Assembly (NCBI RefSeq): GCF_009914755.1
Contig: NC_060934.1
Length of the DNA stretch: 64,000 bases
Source: the human T2T-CHM13v2.0 reference genome, Homo sapiens
Reading direction: 5' to 3' (one strand)
Shown one piece after another: positions 49,125 to 64,000 of the stretch. How positions within the stretch are numbered: the first letter of the stretch is position 1; each line of letters opens with the position of its first letter. The notes under the pieces are model-generated. The model did not search any database. It worked only from the letters and a program-made list of their open reading frames with translations, and was not told the origin of the DNA. Position numbers and translations under genes: made by a program.

Positions 49125-49620
49125 CATTTTTCTCAATTATCTGCTCATTGAATTAAATGACTCAGATTGAATTTCATTACTCATTCTTTCTATACATGTT
49201 CATATTATTGGAAACACTTCTTGTCCTGCTCAGCTTTCTTTCCAATAAATTAGTAATTCTTTGCTCACTCGTCTTGTATTCCTTTATAAGAATGTTCTAG
49301 ATAGGGATATTCTAAGTTTTGAAGACTATGTATGTTAAGTGCATTTTACCCTTTTGAGAGAGTTTTAGTAACAAGTTTCAGGGAACCCCTAGGACTCTGA
49401 CCCATTATAGCTTTGGCCATTTAAAAAAAAAAACCTTCAAAGGTAATATGTGTACATGGTTAACAATCAAATAGAACAGATGGTCTGTCTAATAATGAAA
49501 AACAAGAAAAATCTTGCCCTATGTTTCTCTGTTCCCACTCCCCCCAAAATCAGCCACTTGTAACTGATTCTGTTTTCAGTGCTTATTGTGGTTGTCTCAA
49601 CCTGTAGTAGAATTATAGAT

Positions 49621-49919
49621 TCTTTTGTTTGTTTGTTTGTTTTGCTTTTTAAATTAGAGACAAGTTCTTGCCCTCTCACCAGGTTGGAGTACATTGGTGT
49701 GATCATAGCTCACTGAAGCCTTGAACTCCTGGGCTCAAGCCATCCTCCTGCCTCAGCTTCCTGTGCAGCTGGGACTACAGGCATGCACCACTCCACCCAG
49801 CTAATTTTTTAATTTTTTTGTAGAAACAGGGTTTTGCTGTGTTGTCCCTTGAATGCCTGGCCTCAAGTGATCCTCCTGCCTTGGCCTGTGATTATAGGCG
49901 TGAGCCACTGTGCCCAGCC
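49621..49919 (-). mobile_element. AluJ
   Basis: Reverse Alu. Confidence 0.85.
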
Positions 49920-51404
49920 TTAGAAATTATTTCTCAATGCTTTTGCTCTTCTGTGTTCTGTGATTAGGTGACTCTTTATCTCACACCACTTCTACCTTTT
50001 CTCCATCCTTCCAAGTTGTGATCACTGTTTTCGTTCCTAAATTGGTTATTTTTAAACTTCAAATAATTCAGGTAAATTTATATTTTATGTTTTGTTAACT
50101 GTGTTCCCTGCTTACTGTTTCTTCCATTAATTTAAATATCATCGAAGTTGATAATGCTAAGAACTTGTTTGTGTTAAGGTAATTCTCACATGTGGATAAA
50201 AACTGATTAGTGCCAAAAGTTTACAATAAAATATAACAGTCTCCTATCCTACCCTGGGTTCTCCAGAAGCGGCAACTTATAATACTGTTAGTTTGTTCTT
50301 TCTGATACTAGCTTATTCCTAAATAATATGTGTATTCAGCTTTTCTGATTAACCAATTTTAGATGTTATCTATTGACCTTTTTATTGGGGCCTGGGATAC
50401 AGATCATATTATATACCTGTGCACCCAGTTCTGAAAAGTTATATAATAATTTTGGTTCAATCTATAAGCAGTCTATAATCGTTATTTATATTATAGTGAC
50501 TATGTAAGTATTGAGTGCTGTAATATAGCACATTACATTCATTTGCTTAAACAAATATTTGGTCCCCCTTTCCCACCACATTATTTATAGCCTTGTTTAT
50601 TCATTTGCTTGGTTTCCTATTGGCTAATTTGCTAATCTCCCCCCTCAGTGTTTCAGCAGATCTCTCCAGCACCTCCCATTAATTTTTCTTTGTTTATCAT
50701 AGGTTCGAAACTCAATAATTTTTTTTCCTGGAAGTTTCTCTCCTTCAGCCCTCTATTCTACTTTACCAAGGAGTTGTCTTACTCTTTTCAGCTCTGATCC
50801 TGGGACTTCCCTTTGTTGCTCTTTTGGGGGACAATTTGCTTTTTGATTGTTTTTAGTCTTATTAGTTTATGCCCTTGTTTTGCTCAAGCACATTCTCCAG
50901 AGCTTCCTGAGAAAAGAATATGTGAGAAATAAAATTTTTCCGTACATGTAGGTCTAAAATGTCTTTATTCTACCTTTACATAGGTTGGTATTTCAATTAA
51001 GTCTGGAAATGCAGATTGAAAATAATTATTCCTCAGAAACTTGAAGGCCTTGCTCCATTAGCAACCAGTGTTTCCTATGTGAAGTTTGATGCCACACTGA
51101 TTGCTGATTCTTTATATGTGACCTATTTTTTTCTCTTTGGACATTCTTAGAATCTCCTCTTTCCTCCTGGTATTCTGGCATTTCTCAATGTGATTTTTCT
51201 TATTATGGCTTTTTTTTTTCATTGTTCTGAGCACGTAATGGGCCCTTATAGTCCAGAGACTTAAATGTTCTTCCTGCCATTCATGCAGGTTTTTGAAATT
51301 TCTTCTCTACTATTTTCTTTAGAGCTATGAGTTATTTTTATTAGCCAGTTTTCTATTAATAGACACTGGATTTTTCAAGTTTTCCACCACAAAAAACACT
51401 CATG

Positions 51405-51705
51405 GGCCGGGTGTGGTGGCTCACACCTGTAATCCCAGTGCTTTGGGAGGCCGAGGTGTGTGGATCACCTGAGGTCAGGAGTTCAAGACCAGCCTGGCCA
51501 ACATGGCGAAACCCTGTGTCTACTAAAAGTACAAAAATTAGCTGGGTATGGTGGCAGGTGCCTGTAAATCCCAGCCACGTGGGAGGCTCAGGCAGGAGAA
51601 TCGCTTGAACCTGGGAGGCAGAGGTTGCTGTGATCACGCCATTGCACTCCAGCCTGGATGACAAGAGTGAGACTTCATCTCAAAAAAAAAAAAAAAACAA
51701 AAAAA
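51405..51705 (+). mobile_element. AluS
   Basis: Full Alu with A-tail. Confidence 0.9.
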
Positions 51706-52789
51706 CTCCTCACATATATTATCTTTTTTGCATGTACTTTTATATAATTGTGCCAGTTCTTCTGTAAGATATACATGGCTTTTATCTTATTACTTTCTCT
51801 GAGAGGTAGAGGGTGGGGCAGGGAAGGCAAGGAGAGGAAGAAGCTTTGAGATTCTCCTACCTGAACTTCAGATTCTGGTGTGATACCTCAATATTGAGTT
51901 AGAATGGCTTTATCAAGCATGTTTATTTCTAGTTTTTCATATTATTTTTGTCTTAGTCATGAAGCACAACAAACCAACATAGAACCCATTTCATACTGAT
52001 GAATAAACAGGTAGCTTCATTCATGTATTCATTTATTCATTATCATTTATTCATTCAGTCATGTTGTGATACTCTTTGGGAATACAAAGGTGATACTGTA
52101 CTTGCTGTCATGGGATTTACAATTCTAGGGATAAGTAGGAGTGTAATTGATAAAACATGTATTTGTGCTTTTCAATAGTAATATTGACTAACTCAAGAAA
52201 ACTTTTGGAGACAGGCTTTCTTTGAATGGACTGTGATGCTTGCTTGTTTATGTTTTCATGAATACATTTACTAGCTTTTGATTTTTTATATTAGGAGAGA
52301 ACAGAGTGTCTTGTTGTGGCAGAAATACCTAATATGTAATCCTCTGAATTCTTCAATTGTTGCAAAACATAAACATTTACTAAAGAGTTCAGCAGAGTAG
52401 ATTAAATGTTATTTAAAACATATGTTATATTGACCTCATGGCTAAATGGCCTGGTTTAGGAATCCATGAATTATCCCACAGGTAATAGCAAAGTTTTCTC
52501 CCTGCCTCGTCTCCCACCCCAAATATTTGATTTCCACATATACTGCACAGGGGAATTGAATTTGATGTCGAAAGCCATAAGAAAAAGAGAAACTTTGCTT
52601 TTTACTGCTTTTACTAGGAAATAGAAAACATTTTTAGTGACAGGCTATGCTTCATCATGAAAATACGGTTGGGTGTTTTAGGCCTTCACAAATTTGATTT
52701 CATTGTACTTAGTGATGGATGTTAGTAAGCTGTGTGAGATGGAGAGAAATTAAAGAATAAACAGGAACCTCTCAAACTTGCTAGTGATG

Positions 52790-54330
52790 TTCTACAGTTT
52801 GTAGCATGAATTTTCTTACTTTTAGTTTTTCCTTATGAAATACTTTATGTAGAACAAACTAGCAGTACTAAAACAAACACCCATGTACCCAATCTGTCAA
52901 CACTTAGATTTGTTGAATATTTGGGTGGGCAGAGTCTTCCACCCAAATGGTAAAAGGGGAATACATTACAAGTACATCTGGGGTTCTCTGTATACCTGTC
53001 TTCAGCCCATTTTCTGTCTTATTTCAAAGTTCACTGGTGTTCCAGTTTTGTTTTTAGCTGTAATGCTTTTCTTAGTGCTTAAAATATATGTGTATATATT
53101 CATAAGCAATATGAAGTATTGATTTGCGTGTTCTAAAACATATTTTACAGTGCCTCTCCTTCGGCTCGCTTTTTTGTGTAACATTGAATTTTTAGATTTT
53201 TCCCTGTTAATGCACGTAATTTATATGTAATTTATTTTCACCTGTATAGACTTGTATGAATACATCACAATTTATTCTTTGGTTGAGGAATTACAGGTTT
53301 TTCAGTATTAGAAACACTACTGCGTTTAAGGTTCTTGTACTGATCTGTTTATGCATATGTGAAAGATTCTTGAGGACTGTATTTTAAATATGTGGATGTT
53401 TAAATTTCAATTAATTAAAATTAACTCAGTTCCTCAGTTACACTAGCAACATTTAAAGTGTTTAATAGCCACATGTAACTAGTGAGTAATGTATTGGATA
53501 TTGTGGATATGGAATCATTCCATTATCATAAAAAGTTTTATAGGCTAGTGCTCCTTGGGGTTTATACCTGTGTGTGGAATTGTTGTGTCACTGGGCTTGC
53601 ACATGTTGCACTTCAGTAGATGTTGCTGAGTTGTTCTTTCCAGTGGTATCTGAGCATTCCCTTTCTCAATTGTCTTGCTAAGAATTGGTATAAACAGAAA
53701 TTCTAATTTCTGTTTTGTAGGTGTGAACTGTATCTCATTGTGGTTTTAATTGAATTTTGAAAATATATAGTGAGGCTGAGCCTTTTTTCTTATACATGTG
53801 TTTACCTTTTACAGTTCTCATCTTGTGATTGCCTCTTAATGTCCTTTACTCATTTTTTCTTTTGAGATATTTTAAATTACTGATTTGCATGAGTTTTTTT
53901 TGTATTTTATGGATACAAATTCTTTGATTATATTTGCCATATATCTGTGCCTAGTATGTGACTTGTCTTTCATTTTGTGGTGTCTTTTGCCTCACACAAG
54001 TTTTAAAATGAAATGTAATCACATTATCAATTTTTAAAAATGCTTTATGTTCTTATGCCTTATTTAAGAAATTACTTCCTACTCTAAGGTCAGAGTTTCC
54101 CATATGTGCTTTGCAGAGGTAGATCTTTCATCTGGTAGTATGTAATTTTTGTGTATGGTGTGAGGTAGAGTTGGAGACTTGAGTTTTTTTGCATATGGAT
54201 AACCAATTATCTTTGTATAATTTTCTGAAAACTTCATTGCCTTAATAGTTTTTTGTTTGCATGGGGGTCAATTTCTGGGTTCTAATTCTGTTCCATTGGT
54301 CTATTTGTCCCTATACCAATGTTTCAGTTG
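52790..54330 (-). mobile_element. Old L1M fragment (ORF2 3' region and 3'UTR)
   Basis: tatctcattgtggttttaattg, ttttgtgtatggtgtgaggtag and ttctgttccattggtctat are antisense L1 ORF2 motifs. Confidence 0.65.
53378..53552 (-). mobile_element. MER3-like MITE nested in the L1M
   Basis: cagttcctcagttacactagc...aatagccacatgt is reverse MER3. Confidence 0.7.
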
Positions 54331-54354
54331 AATTTTCCTTTTTGTCAAAGTACC

Positions 54355-54486
54355 TATTTTTTTCTTTATTTTTTGTAGAGACAGGGTCTTGCTTTGTTGG
54401 GTAGACTGGTCTTGAACATCAAATGATTCTCCTGCCTTGGCTTTCCAAAGTGCTGGGATTACAGTTGTGAGCAACCACACCTGGCC
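54355..54486 (-). mobile_element. FLAM / Alu left monomer
   Basis: Single left arm. Confidence 0.78.
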
Positions 54487-54585
54487 AAATTTTCTTAAAA
54501 TGAAAATAACAGTGATAATTTAGGTCCAAGCCCTCTTCCCAAAATTGATTTAGCTGATGATAAGCTATAATATTGGAATTTATAA

Positions 54586-54898
<313 letters not shown>

Positions 54899-55658
54899 TA
54901 GAAAATGATATTATAACCAGCAGATGTGAACAATAACATTTTTTTCTGTGATGATATTTGAGAAAAGCGCAACTTAATTACAAAAGAGTGAAAAACAATC
55001 ACTTTAATCAAAGTCAGAACTTCTATACACTTTCAAGTGGTGAATTGAGCCTCACTTAAAATCTAATTTTCACTTTTAATGCCATTTGTTTTCTTTTGAG
55101 ATATAACTGATTCATTTACCACCAATTTTTATAAATTGGATTTGTAGTTTGGCCATTGTATGAAAATATTTTTTTAAAAAAGTATATGGGTCATATGGGT
55201 AGTAATCAGGCAAATTGGTTTTAGATTTGCAGTACCTGTTCAATTATCTGAGATTTAGGGGATCTAGGGCATGTGAGTAGAGGTTCTATTAGGTTTATAA
55301 AGTGCTTGTGATGATAATATAGGTTAAGGACCAAGTACCTGGGAAAGATCAAGGGCATACTAAATAGTTGTTCCTAAAGTAATGGGACAATTGCAGAGAG
55401 AGGGATGAGAGAAGGAGACTTAAGGATGATGTGTTGATGTGTATGTATATATAAATGAGACATAAATGACTTTTGGAAGGATTACTAAAGAAAAACAGCA
55501 ATAGAAGAAGACTAGCCTATGTCCAGCAGCAAAAGGAAGTAGAAGACAGTGAGTCAGATAGTGACCAGTACAGGACGCTAGGTGGTGCCATTAGTCTTAG
55601 ACTGCTTATTTGAAGTCTCTGGAGGCTCAGTAACCTCAGAATAGAAAGATCGAAAGGC

Positions 55659-55963
55659 GGCCGGGCACAGTGGCTCACGCCTGTAATCTCAGCACCTTGG
55701 GAGGCCGAGGTGGGTGGATCACGAGGTCAGCAATTCAAGACCAGCCCGGCCAACATGATGAAACCCCGTCTCTACTAAAAATACAAAAATTAGCCTGGCG
55801 TGGTGGCGGGCACCTGTAATCCCAGCTACTCAGGAGGCTGAGGCAGAGAATTGCTTGAACCGGGGAAGCAGAGGTTGCTGTGATCGGAGATCGCGCCACT
55901 GCACTCCAGCCTGGGTGACAGAGCAGGACTCTGCTTCAAGAAAAAGAAAAAAAGAAGAAAAAA
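55659..55963 (+). mobile_element. AluS (Sg-like)
   Basis: TSD aaaggc. Confidence 0.9.
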
Positions 55964-56311
55964 AAAGGCACTGCTTGTATAGTAAATGAGCGAATTGTCT
56001 TATTGAGTATAACCCATAGTATATTATAGTTCTTGATATTTTCTTCTCCAGTGATCATTTTGAAAAATTTTCTGGAATTTGCATTGTAAAGAAGTTTGTC
56101 CACCAAATAAACTGTGTTTTAAAAGTAATAGTTCATTTCTTTCTAATTTTAAAGGTTGTATATAAAAAGGTATTTTCATTTAAAATTCATATTAAAAAAG
56201 ATAATTGAAATTTTCATATTGAAATTATATAATCAGAAGGAACTTGGTGTTTTAATAAGCTTTAGTGGCCTTTTCCTAGGTCAATGTACAATTCCACTGA
56301 ATTTTTTTGAA

Positions 56312-56815
56312 ATACATATCCATGGGTTCCACATTGGTGGATTAAACCGTGGAAAGAAAATATTAGGGAAAAAGAAATTGCCTGTGTACAGAGCATGTAC
56401 ACATTTTTCCTTGTCAATATTCCCTAAACAATATGACAAAAGTTTACATACATTTCCATTGTATTAGATATTGTTAGTAATCTAGAGATGATTTAAAGTT
56501 TGGGGAGGATGTATGCAGGTTATATGCAAATACAGTTGACCCTCAAACAGCACAGGTTTGAACTGCATGCACCTACTTATATTAGTTTTTTTCCAGTAAA
56601 TACAGTTGGCCCTCTATATGGGTTGGTTTGGCATCTACAAGCAAAAATGGATGGAAAATACAGTATTCAAGGAATGTGAAAGTTGTGTATATGGAGAGAA
56701 GGGCCAACTTTTTGGATCTATGGGTTCAACAGGGCCAACTGTGGTACTTTAGTATGTGTGCATTTTGGTATCCAAGTTGGGTCCTGGATCCCTCAAAGAT
56801 ACTGAGGAATGACTG
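56312..56815. mobile_element. Tigger3-like fragment (56312-56532) abutting a MER2/MER8-family MITE (56533-56815)
   Basis: gtaatctagagatgatttaaagt Tigger3 motif; ta|cagttgaccct...gaatgactg|ta. Confidence 0.65.
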
Positions 56816-57134
56816 TATTGAAGATGATTCCTTGATTCCTGTTACATTTTTTTTTAAGATTCCAGATTGGGAATAATTAAGTGCATTATTTGATTTCTGG
56901 AGATGAGTTACACCATTAAATTTTTGTTGATATGTGTATCGTGCAGGTGACAGAAACCCTAACTCATACTGGCTTAAGTAAATGGAAATTATTGGATCAC
57001 ATATCTAAAAAGATGTTGGTATGGCTGATTTTAGGTGAAGCTTGATGCAGAGGTTCAAATAATTTTATTTGGACCCTCTTCACCTCATCTTCTAGAGGTA
57101 GGGTACTGCCATCAGCTATTGGCTTATATCCTTA

Positions 57135-57136
<2 letters not shown>

Positions 57137-57188
<52 letters not shown>

Positions 57189-57198
57189 TGTCTGTCTG
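57137..57198 (+). repeat. (TG)~25 followed by (TCTG)n
   Basis: Read directly. Confidence 0.97.
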
Positions 57199-57434
57199 TT
57201 TTAGTGGCTCTAAAAACAGGTGTAGGATTATGTCATATTAGGCCTCTTTGGCTTGTTTGGGTTCCATATCTACTCTGCAACTGGAGATAGAGTTAACACT
57301 GCTGGAAATTTATGGATTAAGAGTGTTGAAGGGATGATTCCCCAAAGAAAATTTGGATCTTATTAGGGAAATAAAGAATGGTTGTAAAATTGCACTTATT
57401 TCTTTAAGGAAGTCATCTTAAAGCTGTTTTTCTT

Positions 57435-57719
57435 TGCCAGGTATGGTGGCTCACACCTGTAATCCCAGCACTTTGGGAGGCTGTGGTGGGAGGTTCACTT
57501 GAAGCCAGGAGTTTGAGACCACTCTGGGCAGCATAATGAGATCCCATTTCTACAAAATATTTAAAAGTTAGCCAGAGATAGTGGCATGAACCTGTAGTTC
57601 TAGCTACCCAGGAGACTGAGGCAGGAGGATTGCTTGAGCCCAGGAGTTCGAGGCTGCAGCTCGATTGCGCCACTGCACTCCAGCCTAAGCAACAGAGCAA
57701 GTCACCATATCTTTAAGAA
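57435..57719 (+). mobile_element. AluJ
   Basis: Full Alu. Confidence 0.85.
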
Positions 57720-57824
57720 ACAGCAACACCCCCCAACACATGAAAAACTTTTTTTTTTTTTTGGCTAAGCTGTTCTTACACTATTGATTTTATTTCACTA
57801 GAATTTGTTTTTACTTTAATCTCA

Positions 57825-57990
57825 TTTGTGCTACTTATTAGTTGTGTGACTTCTCAGAGTCCATTTCCTCACTGGCAAAATTGTTGATACAACTATTGAT
57901 ATAGTTATGGTGATGATAAAATAAGATAATGTGTGTGAAATACCTAGCCTAGTGCCTGGCATATATTAGATATTACAGAAATGTTAGTCC
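57825..57990 (+). mobile_element. MIR
   Basis: ctacttattagttgtgtgac...ataaaataagataatg...agtgcctggcata. Confidence 0.65.
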
Positions 57991-59044
57991 ACTTGTAAGC
58001 ATGGTTATTACCCAGACATGTTTGGATTTTATCAGTCTTTGCTATATGTTTTAAATTAGCCTATAATCTGTAAGTATCACAGATATTGTAGAATGATCAA
58101 TTTTCAGATTATCAGTTTGATTTATTGATTACCGCTTTCAGTGCTGAAAATGACAGTTGGTAGATATTGTCCAATTCATGACTTGCCAGTATTTTTATCC
58201 TAGTACTTAATGTGCAGATTTAGCTTCTGTAAGATTTTTACAATTAATCTATGTGGGGAAATATAAATTATCTTTAAGGAGTAGCAGTAAGTGTAGTGAA
58301 ATTATGATAAATGGTTTTATTGTTTGGGGAAATAATATCAACTGCTTCATGTGTTTGAAGAATAAAAGGAAGTTGGCAGCAAGGGAGAAAGATGAATGAT
58401 TAAGTATGGCTTAAACTTGTTTTTTAATTAAAGTGCTTCATTGTTGTACACAATATTCAAATTATATTTAAATGTAACATTAATTTTTCTATTAACATTC
58501 ATCTTTATTAGAAAATATTGCTTGTATTTATCATAATTTTTTTCCCCACCAACTATAACACTCTTATAATCTATTTGGGTTAATGCGTGTGTAGTCTCAA
58601 GAAAAGAGCCTCCTTAATTGTTTTTAAACTGTTTGAACACTAGAGATTTAGTAACCTACATTTCCAATAACTAACAATACATATGAAACTCTTGATAGTG
58701 ATGGAATAGAACTAATCATTTCCTTATAATATAGTGATACATCATTATTTGACTTATGGCATATTTAACTCTGGTTAGCTACAAGCAGCTTTATACTGGT
58801 GTCTTTTATTCAGATTTGAGAAGTATCAGTGTAACATATAAAGAACTTATTTTTACTAATTTTCACCATATTTTATAGACACAAACCACATGAGACCAAA
58901 AATAGTGTATACTGACCTGGCTGGTCATTTTATGGTTGGTTATTGTGTTTATTATTCTGTACTATGTTTGTTGTATTTGTGCTTTAGTTGCTATTTATTT
59001 TTAAGAATATTGTGTTATATAGGTGTAAAAGTGATAAGAATGTG

Positions 59045-59529
<485 letters not shown>

Positions 59530-59579
59530 TTATTTTGAAGAATAAAGCAAGTGATTAAACATGTGAAAAGTAATGTGCC

Positions 59580-60041
59580 TATGCCCCAAAGTGCTATTGC
59601 TTAGTGGGTTATATCTATTGATAATTACAATATTAGAAATTAAAATGGAAACGGTTGAAAATATTCAATACATTTAAAGATAACTGTAATAAACCCAGTA
59701 TTTGCTAGCATAAACACATTTTTGTGGAAAATAATGATATTTTCTAAACCAGAAAAAAATAGTTAAAAGAATGGTATTGCTTTTTGCAAATCTCTTTAAT
59801 GTCTGACTTAGTAGAAGACAGCTGGATTTTCATCTGCTTCTGCCTGCCATCTGTTGTAATATATTGAACTGATCCAGAACTCCTGGTCTCAAGCCATTGT
59901 TCCACCTCGGCCTCCCAAAGAGCTAGGATTACAGGTGTGAGCCACTGCACCCAGCAAAGCAAATAGTTTTAACCTTGTTGGTTCCCTGAAAAGATTTTGT
60001 GGGACCCTTGTAGTCCTTAGACTATGCTTTGAGAACTGCTG
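59580..60041 (-). mobile_element. Charlie4-like hAT relic containing an Alu left-arm fragment (59876-59956)
   Basis: ttgcaaatctctttaatgtctgactt...gacagctggatt; ends ctttgagaactgctg. Confidence 0.6.
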
Positions 60042-60780
60042 GCCTTAGCAATTGAAAGTAAGTACAGTAGGAGACATTGGTAGAAATGCTTTTGAATTTA
60101 CAGTAGAGTCTGGGCATCAATATTAGATGTCTATTGATCTTTTATTAAAAGACTAAGAGTTTGAGAATTTAAAGGCTAAAACATTATAGGTCCTGCTGAT
60201 CAGACTTTTCATAGCCAGATAGTTCTGTAGGCTTAAGGCCCTTTAAATCCAGATAATGTCCAAGTAAGTGGCAAGGCAGCAATTTGGATTCCATAGCTGC
60301 TAAAAAGTTTCTTATGGCATTTGTACATAGATCATTAAGAAGAGAGGAATTATTTCTCACAACCAATTTTTAGTGTAGACAAAACTGGAATATTTTGGAG
60401 AAAAATGTCTTAATAGAATGCATATAGCGGTAATGTAGTCTTCTATTTGGCAGGAATATATATAGGGATGGTCACTTTAGATTAAAGAACAAATAAAACT
60501 TAACCTACTTATAAACAGAGGCTTCTGTATTGAGAATTTTTCTTAGTATAACATATATTCACCTTAGTATCAAGTTGTGGGGGTTTTTGATACCCCCAAA
60601 TTGACAGTTATTCAGCTGAAACTTGGAGATAGGACAGACCTTGATTAATATTTGGCAATAATTGTCAGTTCTAATGTTGGAATTTTTGCTCTAACCTTGT
60701 TGATTAAGCATTTAACTTATTTACATTTTTATGCTTAGGGATTAAAAGTATGTCTACTTTACATTTATATTCAGGTATAT

Positions 60781-61161
60781 ATATATTTTTGTTGTTGTTG
60801 TTGTTTTTTCTTATTATTATTATACTTTAAGTTTTAGGGTACATGTGCACAATGTGCGGGTTAGTTACACATGTATACATGTGCCATGCTGGTGTGCTGC
60901 ACCCATTAACTCATCATTTAGCATTAGGTATATCTCCTAATGCTATCCCTCCCCCCTCCCCCCACCCCACAACAGTCCCCAGAGTGTGATGTTCCCCTTC
61001 CTGTGTCCATGTGTTCTCATTGTTCAGTTCCCATCTATGAGTGAGAACATGCGGTGTTTGGTTTTTTGTCCTTGTGATAGTTTACTGAGAATGATGATTT
61101 CCAATTTCATCCATGTCCCTACAAAGGACATGAACTCATCATTTTTTATGGCTGCATAGTA
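60781..61161 (-). mobile_element. 5'-truncated L1PA4-like 3' end
   Basis: Reverse complement of an L1 3'UTR with T-rich tail; TSD tatattcaggtatat at 60766-60780 and 61162-61176. Confidence 0.9.
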
Positions 61162-61677
61162 TATATTCAGGTATATTTTAAGGCAGTTTTTAAGTATATC
61201 TTTTTTCTTTAATAGTACTTACAAAAATGTAATTATTTGATATGACAAAGCTGCTTCATATTTTCATATTAGCTTGAACTTTCCATTGATATGTCAAGCA
61301 AATAAATACTTAGTTTTTTTCTGAGTAGAAACCAACTGTACTGCAAACCCCATTGATAGTAAATTAATTGCAGGGATTTAACATGTAGGGAAACCTTAAT
61401 TATTCTGAATATACTTATGTTATGATGTGTAGATGATTTGTTTACTGTCTTTAATGTGACTGAGTCAAAATATGTGTAGTTATTTGCATAAAAGGGAAGT
61501 GTTGCTAATATATTTTGCATTACTTAATGTTATATATAAAATTAATTTTCCTTGTAAGGGATGTGAGAAATTTTTTTACTCCTCATTTCTGTTTATTCTC
61601 ATCTATTTCTTTGAAAATGTAGATTTAATTTATTTAAATACTGTGTGATGAAAACATTACAGATATGTTCTTGCTCT

Positions 61678-62020
<343 letters not shown>

Positions 62021-62451
62021 TAATTTTATAACCTCCAAATAGTGATATTGTATTGCTCCTTATTGTGATGGATAAATTATAAGACATATGTGTTTAACTG
62101 GTTTGGTGGCAAGTCTGTTTACAGAAATTTGCTGTTAATTTCTCAGTTGTTCACATGAACTTATCTGATTTATAGCTTTGGCCAGCAATTTACAAAGAAA
62201 CTTCAGTCTGTAGGGCTTCCTGTTGCTCTGAGTGGGGGCTCCTTCTACCCCTGTTCAACTTCAGTCAGCCCATGGTCTATAGTATACCTCTCACAAGGTC
62301 CTTATACTGCAGATCCTCTCTGCTGCAGATGCTTGGGCTTTTGCCTTAAGCACACTGGTGTAATTAGAAGAAGTAGAAAAGAAGAGAAAGGGTGAATAAT
62401 AAGAGATGAGAGGATTTAAAAATGGTTGAAACAGGAGTTGTGAAGTTTGAG

Positions 62452-63326
<875 letters not shown>

Positions 63327-63450
63327 TAGGAGGTCTGTGGCTTCCATTATCTTCTTTAAGATAGACTTGAAAATTAAAGGTTTTTCTCATCAAGGACTTA
63401 AGAAGGAAAGGCTTAAACATTTTTTTTTTGACTCAAGATCAAACTAAATA

Positions 63451-64000
<550 letters not shown>

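Overview
Primate (almost certainly human) genomic DNA lying entirely inside the adenosine kinase gene (ADK), transcribed on the + strand. The only host coding sequence is one 54-nt exon (13904-13957) encoding (K)YSLKPNDQILAEDKHKE(L), which matches my recollection of the ADK protein. It is probably exon 3, with the end of the preceding intron and about 50 kb of the following intron. The rest is intronic: a full-length but disabled sense-oriented L1PA3-like LINE-1 (6249-12395, 12-bp TSD), a 5'-truncated antisense L1PA4-like copy, about 44 Alu copies or fragments (roughly 30 antisense, 14 sense), several solo LTRs, DNA-transposon relics, L2/MIR/L1M fragments and microsatellites. Repeat subfamily names come from remembered consensus sequences and need RepeatMasker/Dfam confirmation; most repeat boundaries are approximate. 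I see no evidence of a wholly new gene system. The most testable leads are: an inverted Alu pair closely bracketing the frame-symmetric ADK exon; a full-length L1 with a mutated YY1 site but a retained ZNF93-bound segment 1.5 kb upstream of that exon; a strong CTCF motif in unique sequence; candidate poison or TDP-43-type cryptic exons; a 3'UTR-like possible retrocopy; and several rearrangement scars.
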